A DNA stretch of 14,814 nucleotides from Breznakia sp. PF5-3 (lineage in GTDB: Bacteria > Bacillota_I > Bacilli_A > Erysipelotrichales > Erysipelotrichaceae). Below the pieces are notes generated by a model. The model made no database searches. It saw nothing but the letters and a program-made list of their open reading frames with translations, and was not told the origin of the DNA. The stretch covers positions 1 through 14,814 of the forward strand of contig NZ_JAQFIQ010000053.1 of assembly GCF_029504745.1 (NCBI RefSeq), in the 5' to 3' direction. This document shows positions 14,005-14,814 of this stretch, piece by piece; positions within the stretch are counted from its first letter, which is position 1; every line of letters begins with the position of its first letter. A program made the position numbers and the translations under genes.

Positions 14005-14715
14005 ATGAGAATAGAGAGATTGCTGATAAATAATATTCCATCATTATGTTGGGGAGAACCCTCGGATAAGTTGTTCATTGCAATTCATGGGAATATGTCA
14101 AGTAAAGAGGATGAAGTTATTAAGCGCTTCGCTCATGTGTTAGTTATGAGAGGATATCAATTGATAAGTTTTGATTTGCCAGAACATGGGGAGCGACAAA
14201 ATGATCTTAACTATTTATGTAAGCCTCAAAATTGTATCGATGATTTACAACAAGTTATGAATTATGCGAAAACGGTTGCGAAGGAAATTAGTGTTTTTGC
14301 TTGCAGTATAGGGGCATATTTCAGTTTGTTGGCATATCCAAATGAGAAGATAAAACAATGTTTATTCTTGTCACCAATTGTTGATATGAAATCATTGATT
14401 GATAATATGATGCTGTGGAATAATACAACCGAAAAAGAATTAAGAGATAAAAAGGAAATAAAAACGGACTTTAATCAGATATTATATTGGGATTATTATA
14501 CATATGTGAAAAATCATCCAATTGTTAGATGGGATAAGAAAACAGCTGTTTTATATGGTTCTAAAGACAATTTACAAAGTAAAACATTAATAAAGGAATT
14601 CTCACAGAAATTCAATTGTAAATTGAATATATTAGAGGGTGGAGAACATTTTTTTCATACACAGGAACAACTGCAATGTTATCAAGATTGGATTTATGAA
14701 ACATTAAAAGGATAA
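14005..14715 (+). CDS. Alpha/beta hydrolase fold protein (putative esterase)
   Basis: 236 aa. 'LFIAIHGNMSSKED' looks like an oxyanion or HG region. 'VFACSIGAYF' is a nucleophile elbow of the form small-x-S-x-G (A-C-S-I-G). 'EGGEHFF' is a candidate catalytic His. A GAGGGAG RBS is present. Confidence 0.7.
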   Translation: MRIERLLINNIPSLCWGEPSDKLFIAIHGNMSSKEDEVIKRFAHVLVMRGYQLISFDLPEHGERQNDLNYLCKPQNCIDDLQQVMNYAKTVAKEISVFACSIGAYFSLLAYPNEKIKQCLFLSPIVDMKSLIDNMMLWNNTTEKELRDKKEIKTDFNQILYWDYYTYVKNHPIVRWDKKTAVLYGSKDNLQSKTLIKEFSQKFNCKLNILEGGEHFFHTQEQLQCYQDWIYETLKG

Positions 14716-14747
14716 TTTCTGGTAGTGTAAAATATCTTGTGTAAACT

Positions 14748-14767
14748 CCTAGGGCTACCAACCTAGG
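14748..14767. repeat. Inverted repeat or hairpin CCTAGG-N8-CCTAGG downstream of the hydrolase gene
   Basis: CCTAGG is self-complementary, so the copies at 14748-14753 and 14762-14767 can form a 6-bp stem with an 8-nt loop. No T-tract follows. A third near-copy, CCTAGT, lies about 30 nt downstream. It could be a weak terminator or a protein-binding site. Confidence 0.3.
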
Positions 14768-14814
14768 ATAGATAGCTAATATAGAAAAAGGGAGCCATTC
14801 CTAGTAGAATTAAT

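Noticed and set aside
877-14044. Minus-strand ORFs from the track: 877-1149, 2893-3117, 2988-3221, 3325-3564, 5413-5664, 6050-6235, 6242-6475, 7127-7366, 8399-8656, 9738-9962, 9970-10230, 11350-11535, 11712-12185, 12488-12859 and 13811-14044.
   Set aside because: Each lies wholly or mostly antisense to a plus-strand gene with strong family motifs. Their translations are low-complexity (rich in S, L, I, F, N), they lack RBSs, and no family is recognisable. These are typical shadow ORFs in AT-rich DNA.
1-14814. CRISPR arrays, transposases, integrases, IS inverted repeats, prophage or defence-system genes, tRNA and rRNA.
   Set aside because: I found no spaced direct-repeat arrays, no recombinase-like ORFs and no tRNA-like cloverleaf candidates on reading both strands. 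All large ORFs are accounted for by metabolic, transport or regulatory families.

Overview
AT-rich window with strong GGAGG-type ribosome binding sites, consistent with an anaerobic Bacillota (Firmicutes) chromosome; the taxon is a guess. One plus-strand nucleoside uptake and catabolism operon of about 10.8 kb (1962-12795) dominates the window. Its gene order is deoD (purine nucleoside phosphorylase), deoB (phosphopentomutase), a 501-aa YjjI-type glycyl radical enzyme, its YjjW-type radical-SAM activase, a BMP-family nucleoside-binding lipoprotein, a tandem ABC ATPase, two permeases, cdd (cytidine deaminase) and pdp (pyrimidine-nucleoside phosphorylase). Gaps between these genes are +5, +21, -20, +48, +70, -4, -4, +63 and +14 nt, and a strong terminator follows at 12799-12829. 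A Crp/Fnr-family regulator (1124-1849, minus) is transcribed divergently from the operon. Upstream lie an orphan membrane-anchored acidic protein (405-1109) and an AT-rich non-coding stretch with two strand-specific terminator hairpins. Downstream is a separate small cluster: a YdeI/OmpD-associated family protein, a VOC/glyoxalase-fold protein and an alpha/beta hydrolase (12952-14715). I saw no rRNA, tRNA, CRISPR array, transposase or integrase. All minus-strand ORFs in the track other than 1124-1849 look like antisense shadows of real genes. The most interesting feature is the glycyl radical enzyme and activase pair. It belongs to a recognisable family with, to my knowledge, no assigned reaction. 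It is co-transcribed between the pentose-phosphate-producing enzymes and the nucleoside importer, in an operon that has no deoC. This suggests an undescribed oxygen-sensitive radical step in anaerobic nucleoside or (deoxy)pentose-phosphate catabolism. All family assignments come from motif and pattern recognition by eye; no searches were run.
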